From Octopus vulgaris (Eukaryota): a stretch of DNA of 64,000 nt. The notes under the pieces are model-generated. The model was not told the DNA's origin. It was given only the letters and a program-made list of their open reading frames with translations, and made no database searches. The translations under genes and the position numbers were made by a program. The stretch is from the NCBI GenBank assembly GCA_951406725.2, contig OX597816.1, positions 141,546,001 to 141,610,000 of the forward strand, given 5' to 3'. The stretch's first letter is position 1; each line of letters starts with the position of its first letter. This document shows positions 1 to 13,385 of the stretch, piece after piece.

Positions 1-157
1 GGGGTGTTTTTTTTATACCTATGTAAACATTATTACTGTAAATTTACAAAAGTAGTCTGTCAAATATATGCAATAAATATTTAATCAATTATATGCATCA
101 TCATTATTTACACATACTTTCTTTGTCTCCCTAACTCTGACTTTCTGCTCTATATTA

Positions 158-171
158 CTGTGTGTGTGTGG

Positions 172-243
<72 letters not shown>

Positions 244-296
244 TGTATAAAGCTTAAAATATCAGTTACATTCTTTAATTTTGTATATATATATAA

Positions 297-368
<72 letters not shown>

Positions 369-395
369 GATACTACCTCTCTCTCTCTCTCTCTA
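158..395. repeat. Compound microsatellites (TG)n/(TA)n/(CT)n
   Basis: Directly visible dinucleotide runs, including about 60 bp of pure TA at 177-237. Confidence 0.95.
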
Positions 396-870
396 TGAGG
401 TGGTGGGGAGCAGTGTGCAATGATGCTGTCGAGAGGAAGGCCCTGAAATGCTATGCATTCTTTTCTAATGACCCTCATAAACTTGCTAGTATCTGGTATG
501 TGGGGTTTTCAACTGGTAGCACTTGCATCTGCAAGTTGTTTGCAAAAAAATCTATATATGTATATATCATCAAGCAGTGTATAACTAGTGACAGCATGCA
601 ATTAGTAAGCATTTTACCATTAGTTTCAAACTGGGTATTGCACTATGAACCAGTATTTCTGAAGATTTATTAATATTGCAAAGTACGATAGTTGATGCAA
701 AATCGATGGCAACATTCTGGCCAGTATTATGCATGCCATCATAACCTGTAATATAATATATTGCTTCATGAAAAACAACAAAAAAAAACCTGCTCTAATT
801 TCTCATATTGAGTGTGCCTTTATCAAATCCCAAAAGTTCATGAACATTAATGCACATACATATAGATATT

Positions 871-1135
871 TTATCTCTTATCTTTTACTTGTTTCAGTCA
901 TTAGACTGTGGCCATGCTGGGGCACTGCCTTGAAGAACTTTTAGTTGAATGAATCAACCTCAATACTTATCTTTTTATTATTTTTTTTATTCAAGCCTAA
1001 TACTTGTTCTATTTGTCTCTTTTGCTGAACTGCTAAGCTGTGAGAACACAAACAGAGCAACACTAGTTGTATAGCAGTGGTGGTGGTGGTGGTGGGGGGG
1101 ACAAACACAGACACAAAGATGTGCACACACACACA
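871..1135 (-). mobile_element. SINE family A (octopus tRNA/CORE-like SINE), 3' half
   Basis: Shares the tail cttttacttgtttcagtcattagactgtggccatgctggggcac with many other copies in the window. Confidence 0.8.
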
Positions 1136-1225
1136 CATGTATATATATATGATATGTACATATAAATCTTGCTGCTGCAGCAAGTGCAGTATCACACAAT
1201 TAATCCATTCAGTTCACTTTTATTA

Positions 1226-1265
<40 letters not shown>

Positions 1266-2479
1266 TCATTATGTTTGTGAACTTCTGGAATTTGATTCTA
1301 TATGTATCATATTCAAAATGTTAATTCAGTACTTTACAACAAAAGAGTAATGGATACAGTTGACATAATTGAAGCCAGGATACCTAGGATGGATTTTATC
1401 AAACCCTAAAGGAATGAATGGTACAGGTACTTCATAGAAAGATTTGATCTCAGCATACTGGTGCATTAGATATCCCCTACAGTGTTCTTGTACCTCATCC
1501 ATATTCACTGCCTTTCCCCCCAACCTGATAAATACTTTGAAATCCAGGTCAAGACATGAAGAAATGTACAAGGTACTTTGATGCTCTCTGACATGAACAA
1601 AAACTTCATAGCAACATCAAATTTCTAAGCATATATTTTCTTTATAGATTTTTCTTAGACTGTTCTAATGTGGGTGCCATCATTAAATATCACCCCCAAA
1701 TCTTCCTGCTCACTCTAGAGAACATGATCATGACAATGGTAATCAGAACCATACTTTCATGCTGCAGTAAGAACTAGATATATCTTCTCCTGAACTTATT
1801 GATTGCAATTTTATCATTGATCCTGATCAGAAATTAAGTGAAAAAGAGGAAACATTATCAGAATACAAAATCAATACAAACATCTTAAGAATGATAAACT
1901 AAAAAGAGTAAATCTCTGGTGTGAGTTGTTGTAAGGATAACAAAAACAACTACGAAGTTAATAGGTTAAAATTGCAGCTTGAATAGAAGATGTTTGATAA
2001 CAAAAGGAAAATGATGTTATCTATATGAAAGGAATCATAAAAAAATCATACATATGCACTTTTAATAAAACAAATGCTCTTTCCTCTCTTTTTGCAAATC
2101 TTTTATTAATTTACAATATTCAAAGATATTATAATTAGAATTTCTGATATAATAATTATAGTTATTGAGCTAAATTATTTCTTTGTAGATGAATCAAGAA
2201 GTGTTTACACTAGTTGTAGATGCAGACACAAATGGCATTGCTAAATGAGGCAAAAGTGAATTAATGGAGGGAATGAAATTCCTGAATGATATAATATTGA
2301 CATTGGAAATTGTAGATTCAATTCTCAGCAGTTATATATTTTTAGGTTTCCTTTAAAAAAAAATCACCTTTCTTTGATTATGTACTAATTTTTTTTTTTT
2401 TTAATTTCATGGCTCATGATTAAATTATAACTTTTAGCTAAGTGAAACAAAATGTAATCAGAGGAAAGTAGTGATGGTA

Positions 2480-2790
2480 TGTGATGGTTACAACAATGGG
2501 TGTTCCAGCTGATCTGAGCGACAGAACAACCTGCTTGTGAAATTAACATAAAAGTGGCTGAACACTCCACAGACACATGTACATTTAAACATAGTTCTCA
2601 GGGAGATTCAGCATGACTCAGAACGTGACAAAGCTGGCCCTTTGAAATACATGTTCTAATTATTTTTGCCAGCTGAGTGTACTGGAGCAACATGAAATAA
2701 AGTGTCTTGCTCAGAGATACAATGCACCACTGGGCATTGAACTCATGATCATGAGCTTAATACCCTAACCACTAAGCCACAAGCCTTCAC
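2480..2790 (-). mobile_element. SINE family B (tRNA-like head, ccactcagctggcaaaaatgag core)
   Basis: The minus strand starts gtgaaggcttgtggcttagtggttagggt...gagttcaatgccc, with A/B-box-like motifs. Homologous to 19885-20208 and 34905-35175. Confidence 0.8.
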
Positions 2791-3063
2791 ACGTGATGGT
2801 ATGCATCAGCAACAAGAATAATTGATAAAATTCCTAAAATAAAAGAAGTTCATTTGCCGTAAGGATATTTCAATTTTGACATTTCAATAAATGAAATTAT
2901 TTAATTTTATGAATTTTATAATGTAATTATATCTTAAGAAATTACATTTATAATCTATGATATATAATCCATAATATTCCTTCAAAAGAACTTGTGTTTA
3001 TAAATAAAATTTTGAGAAGAAAAATATTTATTTTGTAGTAAGAAAAGTATCTAAGGAAGCTTA

Positions 3064-3800
<737 letters not shown>

Positions 3801-3852
3801 CAACGTACAAAATACTAACAAGCCTAAATATTGTAAGTACAACAGTAACGAG

Positions 3853-4015
3853 TATGAGGTTGTGTGGTTAAGTGGTTAAGAAGTTTGTTTCTAACCAAAT
3901 GATTTTGGATTCTGTCTCACTAAATGGCACCTTCCGCAAATGTCTTCTATTATGGCTCCGAGCAGGTCAAAGCTTTGTGAGTGGAATTGATAGATGTAAG
4001 CTGAAACAAGTCCAT
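3853..4015 (+). mobile_element. SINE family A, 5' half
   Basis: tgtggttaag...ggcaccttccgcaaatgtcttcta...gctttgtgagtggaattgatagatg, homologous to the head of 62301-62630. Confidence 0.7.
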
Positions 4016-4054
4016 CATATATATATATATATGTATGTATGTATGTATATATAT

Positions 4055-4317
4055 CATCATCATCATCATCATTTAGCGTCCGCTTTCCATGCTACCATGG
4101 GTTGGACAGTTCAACTGGGGTCTGTGAAGCCAGAAGGCTGCATCAGGCCCAGTTTGATCTGGCAGTGTTTCTACGGCTGGATGCCCTTTCTAACGCCAAC
4201 CACTCCGTGAGTGTAGTGGGTGCTTTTTACGTGCCACCCGCTCAGGTGCCAGACGAAGCTGGAAAACGGCCACGGACGGATGGTGCTTTTTACGTGCCAC
4301 CGGCACGGGGCCAGGCG
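4055..4317 (-). mobile_element. RTE LINE 3' tail fragment ending in (GAT)n
   Basis: Homologous to the 3' UTR of the RTE fragment at 6097-6934. About 94% identical (by eye) to 29945-30237 in inverted orientation. Confidence 0.85.
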
Positions 4318-4352
4318 ATATATATATGTATGTATGTGTATATATATGTATG

Positions 4353-4402
<50 letters not shown>

Positions 4403-4445
4403 TAAATAAATGGAGTTGAATGAAGATGTCATTAAAATTCTTTTA

Positions 4446-4527
4446 CTTTCGACATATGTTTTGAAGACAACATGGTTTTATTCCAAAGGAATAAACGGTG
4501 TAAAATGCAATCTTCTCATCAGGAAAG
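4446..4527 (-). ncRNA. Minimal type I hammerhead ribozyme motif (Penelope-type), G12A variant
   Basis: Minus strand reads CUUUC-CUGAUGA-GAAGA-(43 nt)-UCUUC-AAAA-CAUAUG-UC-GAAAG. Stems I and II pair perfectly, stem III is the palindrome ACAUAUGU and the cleavage triplet is GUC. GAAA is replaced by AAAA. Confidence 0.8.
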
Positions 4528-5444
4528 AAAGAGAGAGCCTCTCTCAACAACAAGGCAGTCATTGTAATTGTTATAATGTCTTGTTGTTGAGAGAGGCTCT
4601 CAAATCCAGGAGTATGTCCTCATAAATGAAACATCCCCAGTACTAAATAAGAAATATGTGTAGTAGATAATTACACTTCCATACCCACAGTTTATATTTA
4701 TATACAGGTAGAATAATTAGTGGGCTGTCATGTAGATAGATGGATGTGTGTGTGTGTATGTGTGTGTGTGTGTGTGTGTGTATGTGTGTATATGTATATG
4801 CACATGTATGTAGGCATATGGATATGAAAGTAAACAGATAGACATACAGATGGATAGGTTATATGATCAGACAAGCACACATACACATACATACACAAAG
4901 ACTGAAACACATGACCATATACACTCACAATTCACTTCACACAAGGAGACATATGAAGACACACGTCCATACATACACATCCATACATACAGACACAGTA
5001 TGTAGTCACAAAAACCCATACACACACACACTCAGACATGCACACACAAGGAGACAGAGGTACACACACACACACATGCAAACACACACATACACATAAA
5101 AAACACACTAATACAAATATGAATATGCCGAATATATACAAATGTGTACACATATACATACACACGCACATACATACATACACTTACATGCATGTGTACA
5201 TTCATACATACATACATACATGTGTATGCGCACACACTCTAACTCACACACATGCGCACAAACAAACAAAAAGAATGCAGCTTGAATAACAGAGTCAACA
5301 ACTATTGAAAAGGTTGCAAGATGCTATGAAAATTTTAGAAAACTAAATAAGTAAATGAGTGGAAATTTTACTGGTGAGTGTGTTAAATTATAAGGCACTA
5401 AAAGAGAATGACTCTTCCCAGACACAACAGTATATATATATATA

Positions 5445-5758
5445 TGTGGAGGCGCAATGGCCCAGTAGTTAGGGCAGTGGACTCGCGGTCGTAGGATCGC
5501 GGTTTCAATTCCCAGACCGGGTGTTGTGAGTGTTTATTGAGCGAAAACATCTAAAGCTCCACTAGGCTCCAACAGGGGTTGGTGGCGATCCCTGCAGTAC
5601 TCTTTCACCACAACTTTCTCTCACTCTTTCTTCTGTTGGCCTGCTCACTTAGCCAGTGGGGTGGCATCATTTGAAGGCTAAAACAATGCGAAGCGCATTG
5701 TGACCAGCGATGTGTAGCAACATCTGATAGCCTGGTCGGTCACGGTGATCACGGTGAT
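5445..5758 (+). mobile_element. SINE family C (tRNA-derived) inside a (TA)n tract
   Basis: A-box-like tggcccagtagttagg and B-box-like ggtttcaattccc. Flanked by TA repeats; head and body homologous to 7715-7905 (-). Confidence 0.8.
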
Positions 5759-5952
5759 ATATATATATAAATATATATATATACACACACATACACATAC
5801 ATATGCAGATTTTGTGCACAGTAAGTCACTGAAGAAAGGCCTTCCTCTCTCAGGTAGTGCTGGTTTTGAATTGTCATTGGTGCTTCTACAAGTTTGCTTT
5901 TTTTCTAAGTAGTGGTTTTTACTTCTGGGAAGGAATAATCCATATTTTATGT

Positions 5953-6095
5953 GCAAGTATGGCTGTGTGTGTAAGAAGCTTGGTTCTGGGTTCAGTCCCA
6001 CTATGTGGCTCTTTGGGCAAGTGTCTTCTACTATAGCCTTGACCTGATCAAAGCCTTGTGAGTGGATTTGGTAGACTGAAACTGAAAGAAGCCCA
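5953..6095 (+). mobile_element. SINE family A, 5' half
   Basis: tggctgtgtgtgtaagaagctt...ttcagtcccacta...ttgggcaagtgtcttctactatagcc...gaaactgaaagaagccc. Confidence 0.8.
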
Positions 6096-6096
6096 T

Positions 6097-6931
6097 TATC
6101 ATCATCGTCATCATCGTTTAACGTCCGTTTTCCATGCTAGCATCGGTTGGACGATTCAACTGGGGTCTGGGGAGCCAGTAGGCTGCGCCAAGCCCAGTCT
6201 GATCTGGCAGTGTTTCTACAGCTGGATGCCCTTCCTAACGCCAACCACTCTGTGAGTGTAGTGGGTGCTTTTTACATGCCACCTGCACAGGTGCCAGATG
6301 AGGCTGGCAAACGGTCATGATCGGATGGTGCTTTTTACGTGCCACCTGCACGGAGGCCAGTCACCGGGGAGGCGGCGGTGCTGGCAACGGCCACATTCGG
6401 ATGGTTCTCTTATGTGCCACCGGCACTGGTATCACAGCTACAATTTCCATTGATGTTGATCGATTTCGATTTTCACTTGCCTCAACAGGTCTTCACAAGT
6501 AGGGTTTGTGTCACAAGAAGGAAAGGTATGCGTAAGTGGGCTGGCTACGTCCCAGGTAGAAGCCACGGGTTATGGTCTCACTTGTCCTGCTGGGTCTTCC
6601 CACACACAGCATACTTCCAAAGGTCTCGGTCTCTGGTCGTTTCCTCACTGAGACCTAAAGTTCGAAGGTCGTGCTTCACCACCTCGTCCCAGGTTTTCCT
6701 GGGTCTACCTCTTCCACAGGTTTCCTCAACCGCCAGGCTCGGCACTTTTTCACACAACTATCTTCATCCATTCTCGCTACATGACCATACAAGCGCAAAC
6801 ATCTCTCATGCACACCACAACTGATGCTTCTTAGGTCCAACTTTTCTCTCAAGGTACTTACACTCTGTCGAGTATGAAAACTGACATTACACATCCATCG
6901 GAGCATACTTGCTTCATTTCTTGCGAGCTTA

Positions 6932-6934
<3 letters not shown>
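6097..6934 (-). mobile_element. 5'-truncated RTE-clade LINE (ORF C-terminus plus 3' UTR)
   Basis: Translates RKLARNEASMLRWMCNVS...LREKLDLRSISCGVHERCLRLYGHVARMDEDSCVKKC, then GRGRPRKTWDEVVKHDLR after a frameshift. These are typical RTE C-terminal motifs. Ends in (GAT)n. Confidence 0.9.
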
Positions 6935-6969
<35 letters not shown>

Positions 6970-6973
<4 letters not shown>

Positions 6974-7106
6974 GTTAGGAAGGGGTTGGCATTAGGAAGA
7001 GCATCCAGCCAATCAGACTGGAACCTGGTGCAGATCTCCAGCTTATCAGTTCCAGTCAAACCACCTAACCCATGCCCGCATGGAAAGTGGATGCTAAAAG
7101 ATGATA

Positions 7107-7193
<87 letters not shown>

Positions 7194-7410
7194 TGTCTGT
7201 GTTTGTTCCTCTGCCACTGCTTGACAACCAGTGCTGGTGTATTTATGTCCCTGTAATTTAGTGGTTCAGCAAAAGAGACTGATAGAATAAGTATCAGGAT
7301 GTAAAAAATATATAAGAACTGGAGTTGATTCATTCGACTAAAAGTTCTTCAAGGTGGTGCCCCAGTATGGCTGCAGTCTAATGACTGAAACCAGTAAAAG
7401 ATAAAAGATT
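6970..7410 (+). mobile_element. RTE tail fragment (6970-7138) abutting the 3' half of a family A SINE (7140-7410)
   Basis: ggcgttaggaagggg...ccatgcccgcatggaaagtggatgctaaaagatgat, then (TG)n and the SINE tail ending ...gactgaaaccagtaaaagataaaag. Confidence 0.75.
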
Positions 7411-7589
7411 AGGCTGACCTCTATCCTTTGATTTGTTCAACATATGAGGCCCTGCTAGGAGCTTGTGCTCTGCTGATATAGCTTCAGAGTCACTGAGGCA
7501 TACAAATCACCACATCACAAGAAGGACAGATCCTTATGATAGTTGTAACAGAGTGAACTCCACTAAAAGCAATTACAATGTCAGGTTAT

Positions 7590-7905
7590 TTATTTATTTA
7601 TGTGCACTTTTCAAGCCTAGCCAGGCTCATGGGCCTGGCTTCCTGGTTTCTATGGCATATGTGTTCCCCCCAGCTAGATGGGATGTCAGTCTATTGCAGC
7701 GTTACTCAAGAAACAGGAAGAAAGAGTGAGAGAAAGTTGGGGCGAAAGAGTACAACAGGGGTCGCCACCCCCCCTGCCAGAGCTTTGTGGAGCTTTTATG
7801 TGTTCTTGCTTAATAAACACACACAACACCCGGTCTGGGAATCGAAACCGCGATCCTCCAACTGTGAGTTCGTTGCCTAACCACTGGGCCATTGTGCTTC
7901 CACAC
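7590..7905 (-). mobile_element. SINE family C variant with a different (V-SINE-like) tail
   Basis: Same head and body as 5445-5635. Tail gcaatagactgacatcccatctagctgggggg...gaaaccaggaagcc... ending in (ATAA)n. Confidence 0.75.
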
Positions 7906-7944
7906 AGTGTCAGGTGCTAATGTTAAATAAGGTGATTGGTTAAG

Positions 7945-8325
7945 TCTACCTACAAGTGACTGAGACTGCTGGCATTTTGCAGTGCTTGAGAAGACGTCAA
8001 ACTAAGTGAAATCATGGTCATGGTTAGTGCTGGTGACAGGTAAAAAGCACCCTTGCCAGTGACACATAAAAGGCAGCCATGCCAGTGACACATAAAAGAC
8101 ACCTGTGCTGATGACATGCACAAGGCACCTGTACCAGTGGCACGTAAAAGACACCTAGTACTTTCTGTAGAGTGATTGGCATTAGGAGGGCCATCCAGCC
8201 ATAGAAACCAAACCAAAACAGATGACTGAAGCCTGGTGCAGCTGTCCGGCTTACCAGCTCCAGTCAAACTATCTAACCCATGCCAACATGGAAAATGGAC
8301 ATTAAATAATGATGATGATGATGAT
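7945..8325 (+). mobile_element. RTE 3' tail with internal ~25-bp tandem units
   Basis: About five repeats of gccagtgacac(a/g)taaaa(g)cacc, then ggcattaggagggccatccagcc...ccatgccaacatggaaaatggacattaaataat(gat)n. Confidence 0.8.
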
Positions 8326-8744
8326 CAAACCTCTCATTAATTTCACTTAATTTTTAAAGGGGAGGAAAGACAAATGACAAAATGATTTGAAACCAAAAAT
8401 ATTTATAAAAGATATATGTAATTACTGTGACATCTAAGTCCCCCCACATATTTTGAATAAGGACTTAGTAACAAATGGGTACTGACTTCTAATATACATA
8501 CACAGTTCAATATATGGAAGAGGTGAGAAAATTAAGAAATCTGAAATTTTCTGAAGGCAATGATAATAGATATTATGATGGCCAGTATGTGGATTCCTAT
8601 CGTATTTACCAGTTCTAGCCAGTTAGCCATGGCCATACTGGACAGTCTGATGTTCTAGTAACTCAGATGTGGCTATCTTGGCTTCACACTGAAAACTGCT
8701 TTCCTTCAAATTTTGAAAGACTTCTGCTTCTTTTTTAGAGATTA

Positions 8745-9060
8745 CCATGAAGAAGGAGAAAGAAGAGGGAAAATGAAGGAGGAGGAAGGAGAGAAAAAGG
8801 AGGAGGAAGGAGAGGAAAAGGAGGAGGAAGAGAAGGGGAAGAGGTCGAAGGAAGATGAAATGAGGAGGAAGGGAAGAGAAGGGTGGAAGAAGTAGAAAGA
8901 GGAGGAGGAAGAGGGAAGGTTAGAAGGAGGGTGGGAGAAATAGGAGGACGGAGGAGGAAAGGAAAAGTTGAAGGAAGAGGGGGATAAGTAGGGAAGAGAA
9001 AAAGGGAAAAAAAAAAAGAAGAGGTAAAGGACGATGTGAAAGAAAACCAAACAAAACAAG
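8745..9060 (+). repeat. Purine-rich low-complexity tract (GAA/GGA)
   Basis: About 315 bp almost entirely A/G on the plus strand. Confidence 0.9.
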
Positions 9061-9108
9061 AACAGCAACAATAATCATAATTTGCAATAATTTTCCCCTA
9101 AATAATTA

Positions 9109-9420
<312 letters not shown>

Positions 9421-11499
9421 TTATATTTCAATATAATATATTCAAAATATTTGAATAGCATATAATTTTGAATGTCAAAATAGCTAACAATATTAGCAAT
9501 TTAAGGCTTGGATATATATGTGAAATATTCTTTGCAGTAAATAAGTAAAAATCTGTTTTACTTATTTCTATGGCAAATTGCAGAGGGGGGAAAAAATGTC
9601 ATGTCATTTTTTTTTTGTTTCTGTTTTTTTTTTTTTTTGTTTTGTTTCAGAAAATTCTCAATCTGAAACAAACAGATCTTTTTTAAAGAGTAAATTGAAA
9701 AAAAAAATGCTATAGAATATAGCATGCTGAAGTGAATACAGTATCAGATAAAATTGTAATAAAAAGTGATTGTTCTTCTCATAATCTTAACATTAATTTT
9801 ATTTTTTAGTTAAATCAAGAAAAAGTTTGAAAAGAAACCGAAGGAAATTTTTTAAAATAATCAATACAGCAAGAAAAATAAGAAAAAAAAAGGAAGAAAT
9901 CCATGAAAGAATTGTCAAAACATATTTGAATTGAAACAGTATTGTGTGTTTTATTTATAAGAGAAGTGAAGAACAGAAAAAAAAAGAAATAAAGAAAAAA
10001 ACACTAGAATTATATGTAGTGGCTAGTTAGGCTTAGATTGTGATTGAAAAGGATGCTGTTGCTGTCAGTAAATGTTTTAAATAAGCTGTTTCAAAATGAT
10101 AGCTTAAGAATGATTGTTTTGACGTGGTAGTTTATATAATTCAGTTTATTACATTTAATAATCTCAAAGAGACTTTTAAGTTGTGATAACCAAAAAACAC
10201 TAAGAAAGTCAGCAGCCTAAATCCTACATCAGACAATACTCTCTTAAAGCTTGCACTGCTAAACCTGGCCATTTAAATAATGTCAATCTATTTTAGTATT
10301 GTGCCTAATCTTTAAGAACACAAAATTGTATTCTATACTTGATGGAAGCATTCTGATGCTATATCAGTTGTGAAGAACAGAGCTCCTTCAAATTCCCCAA
10401 ACAAATGCGAAATCTCTATCAAAAATCTCCAATAAACAGACATTGGATTAAAGAAATGAAACTAAATGACAACTGTAAATTGAGATTGGACTTGTAAGAG
10501 TCTAAAAGCTTATTTTTATATCTTTCTACTTATTCTCTACATGCAAGAATTCTAAAAATATACATATCTGTTTATTCTTTATAGCTATTGCCACATCATT
10601 GATTCACAAACGTTCAATGTTCCATGAGAAATTCCTCATAAAACATGTGAAGCATTCTCCACAACTGTTCCATTTGATGATGGTGATTATGATAACACAT
10701 TTGCTGGATGTCCTGTTTGTAAAACTATAAACACTTAACACAAGTTGTTTTTATGGCTTAGTTAGTGAAGGGTATGGGAGTGGTAACAACCATAACTTTT
10801 TCAGGGTCTCTGAGTTTAACAAGTTAGAGGGAAAGGGAGGAAGGAACTTTGACTCAAGGGTTGCTGCAGTGCAGTAGCAAACAATGCTTCAAAATACTGA
10901 GTTACACTCAAACCAAAGACTCAGTCTGAATGTTTGTAACAAAGTGGATTTCACTGGAGTCATCTAAAGGCTAAGAGATGGTGTTAAACTGGACAATAGA
11001 TGAAGTCTGCCACCCAAGAACAGGATTGCTTTGCTGGACTTCTGCATGATCTCTAACCTAATTTCACATATAAGTTTAGGTGACCTGATGCTATGACAGA
11101 AGACACTTACCCAAAGTACTGCTTGATTGGATTCAACCAACAACATTACAGTTAATACAGACTCAAAAGAGAGAATAATAATTTCTTGATAAAATAGTTC
11201 TACTCAGAATACTATCATCTCCCTGTAACAACTAATACCTCTTCCTAAAGCGCTAAATACCTTTACCTGTAACACTCAGCATTGAGTCAATGATGGAGAT
11301 TCTATGTAGTCACTCAACTTGCAAGAAATAGTAGTTAAAAGCTCACTGAAATCACTCCTTACAGTCTTGGAATCTCTAACAATGCCCACTTCTAGATGAA
11401 TTGTGCCATCCTCCTTAATCTTCCTCCCCTACTCCACACACTCTAAGCATCATCCACATGAAACTCGACTCCTTACATTGAAACATCACTGACTATGAA

Positions 11500-11842
11500 A
11501 AGTGACCTTGTAAACATCCCCCCACCTTGTCTTCAACAATACAAATACACAATCACTACACATATCAGATAAACATTAATGCACCATCCTCCAAACATAC
11601 ACAACTTGTAACTAGAATCCTCAAAGTTTCTGCAAATGCTATATTTCACTGTCAGTAAGGATCTCACCTGGCAAATATATATCCTCAGCATAACAAAGAC
11701 TGGCCTTCCACTTTATTGATTAAAAAAAAAAATGTCACTCCCTAACCACCACTAATCCTCTGAATAAATGAGTATTTCATATGTACGACTAACAATAGAG
11801 ACCTACATCCACAATTGGGACAGTATTACTACTCACCCTCCC

Positions 11843-11876
<34 letters not shown>

Positions 11877-12260
11877 CTAGATTGTATTGAAAGAATGGTC
11901 ACTTCACTGCTAAGCATTAAGGTATTAACATACCTCTATTTCTGGTTCACAGATTCCTCTCTCTCTCTCACCTTTTATACTTAAATGACCTCTGCTTCTC
12001 AGAGCTAGCAAATCTCATGCCACCTATATTCATGAACTACTGACTAACTCATCTCTCATTACCCATATTACCATCCTACCCATCCATACCATGCACAATC
12101 CATTAATCTCGTTTCTCCTTTTCCAGAATGTCAGATCTTTGGAATTCTCTTGTTCTCTCTTTCTCTGGACATGTTTTACCTGCAGCTGATGACTTGAAAC
12201 TGTTTAAAATGAATGTTAACTGTATTGATCTTAAAAGGTTTCACAAGATCAACCTCACAC
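11500..12260 (+). mobile_element. Decayed CR1-superfamily LINE, 3' remnant
   Basis: Fragments SKDLTWQIYILSITK, MLDCIERM and RMSDLWNSL...VLPAADDLKLFKMNVN resemble CR1/Crack/Daphne C-termini. Homologous to 53560-54100. Confidence 0.6.
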
Positions 12261-12314
12261 ACCCACCAAAGAAAAAATATCAAAACAAAACAAAACTCAT
12301 AAAGCTATACATAC

Positions 12315-12680
12315 TGGCACTCTGTTGGTTATGATGATGCGGGTTTCAAACGATCTGATCAATGGAACAACCTGATAGTGAAATTAATGTGCAAGTGGAT
12401 GAGCACGCCACAAACATGTATACCATAGTTCTCAGGAAGATTCAGAATGTGACAAGGTTGGCCCTTTGAAATACAAGAACTCATTTACTTGTTTCAGTCA
12501 TTTCACTGTGGCCATGCTGGAGCACCGCCTTTAGTCGAGCAAATTGACCCTAGGACTTATTCTTTGTAAGCCTAGTACTTATTCTATCAGTCTCTTTTGC
12601 CGAACCACTAAGTTACGGGGACATAAACACACCAGCTTCAGTGGTCAAGCGATGTTGGGGGGACAAACACAGACACACAA

Positions 12681-12726
<46 letters not shown>

Positions 12727-13285
12727 GATGGGCTTCTTTCAGTTTTTGTCTACCAAATCCACTCACAAGACTTTGGTTGGCCCAAGGCTATAATAGAAGA
12801 CACTTGCCCAAGGTGCCACATAGTTGGACTGAACCCGGAATCATGTGGTTGGTAAGCAAGCTACTTACCACACAGCCACTCCTATGCCTATTTTTTCCAG
12901 CAGAGTTGACTGTTATTCTTTTATTCTTTTACTTGTTTCAGTCATTTTACTGTGGCCATGCTGGAGCACCATCTTTAGTCGAGCAAATCAACCCCAGGAC
13001 TTATTCTTTGTAAGCCTAGTACTTATTCTATCAGTCTCTTTTGCTGAACTGCTAAGTTAAGGGGGACATAAACACACCAGCATCGGCTGTCAAGCGATGT
13101 TGGGGATACAAACACACACACACACATATAATATATATGATGGGCATCTTTCAGTTTCCGTCTACCAAATCCACTCACAAGGCTTTGCTCAGCCTGAAAC
13201 TATAGTAGTGCCATGCAGTGGGGCTGAACCCAGAACCATGTGGTTGGTAAACAAGTTACTTACCACACAGCCACTCCTGCACCTA
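12315..13285 (-). mobile_element. SINE cluster: family B fragment (12315-12483) and two tandem near-full-length family A SINEs (12484-12890, 12918-13285)
   Basis: Each A copy runs from the ggagtggctgtgtggtaag head through an internal (TA)(TG) tract to the gactgaaacaagtaaa tail. Confidence 0.88.
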
Positions 13286-13385
13286 TGTCATAAAACTATA
13301 GCAACTTGGAAAAACATATATAAAATGACAGCAATGGAGATGATTTTTATATCAAAATGAAATTGTGAACAAATTTAGAAGTTAC

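Noticed and set aside
1326-1720. 81-aa ORF and a nearby EQEDLGVIF motif
   Set aside because: Possibly a very old CR1-like remnant, but the similarity is too weak to call and it is not TMEM245-like.
5445-5520. tRNA-like sequences at SINE heads (also ~56572, ~62301)
   Set aside because: They do not form full cloverleaves and continue into SINE bodies, so they are not tRNA genes.
12186-12205. ctgatga-ctt-gaaa hammerhead-like words
   Set aside because: No stem I or stem II. It lies in CR1-like coding sequence (ADDLKL) and is coincidental.
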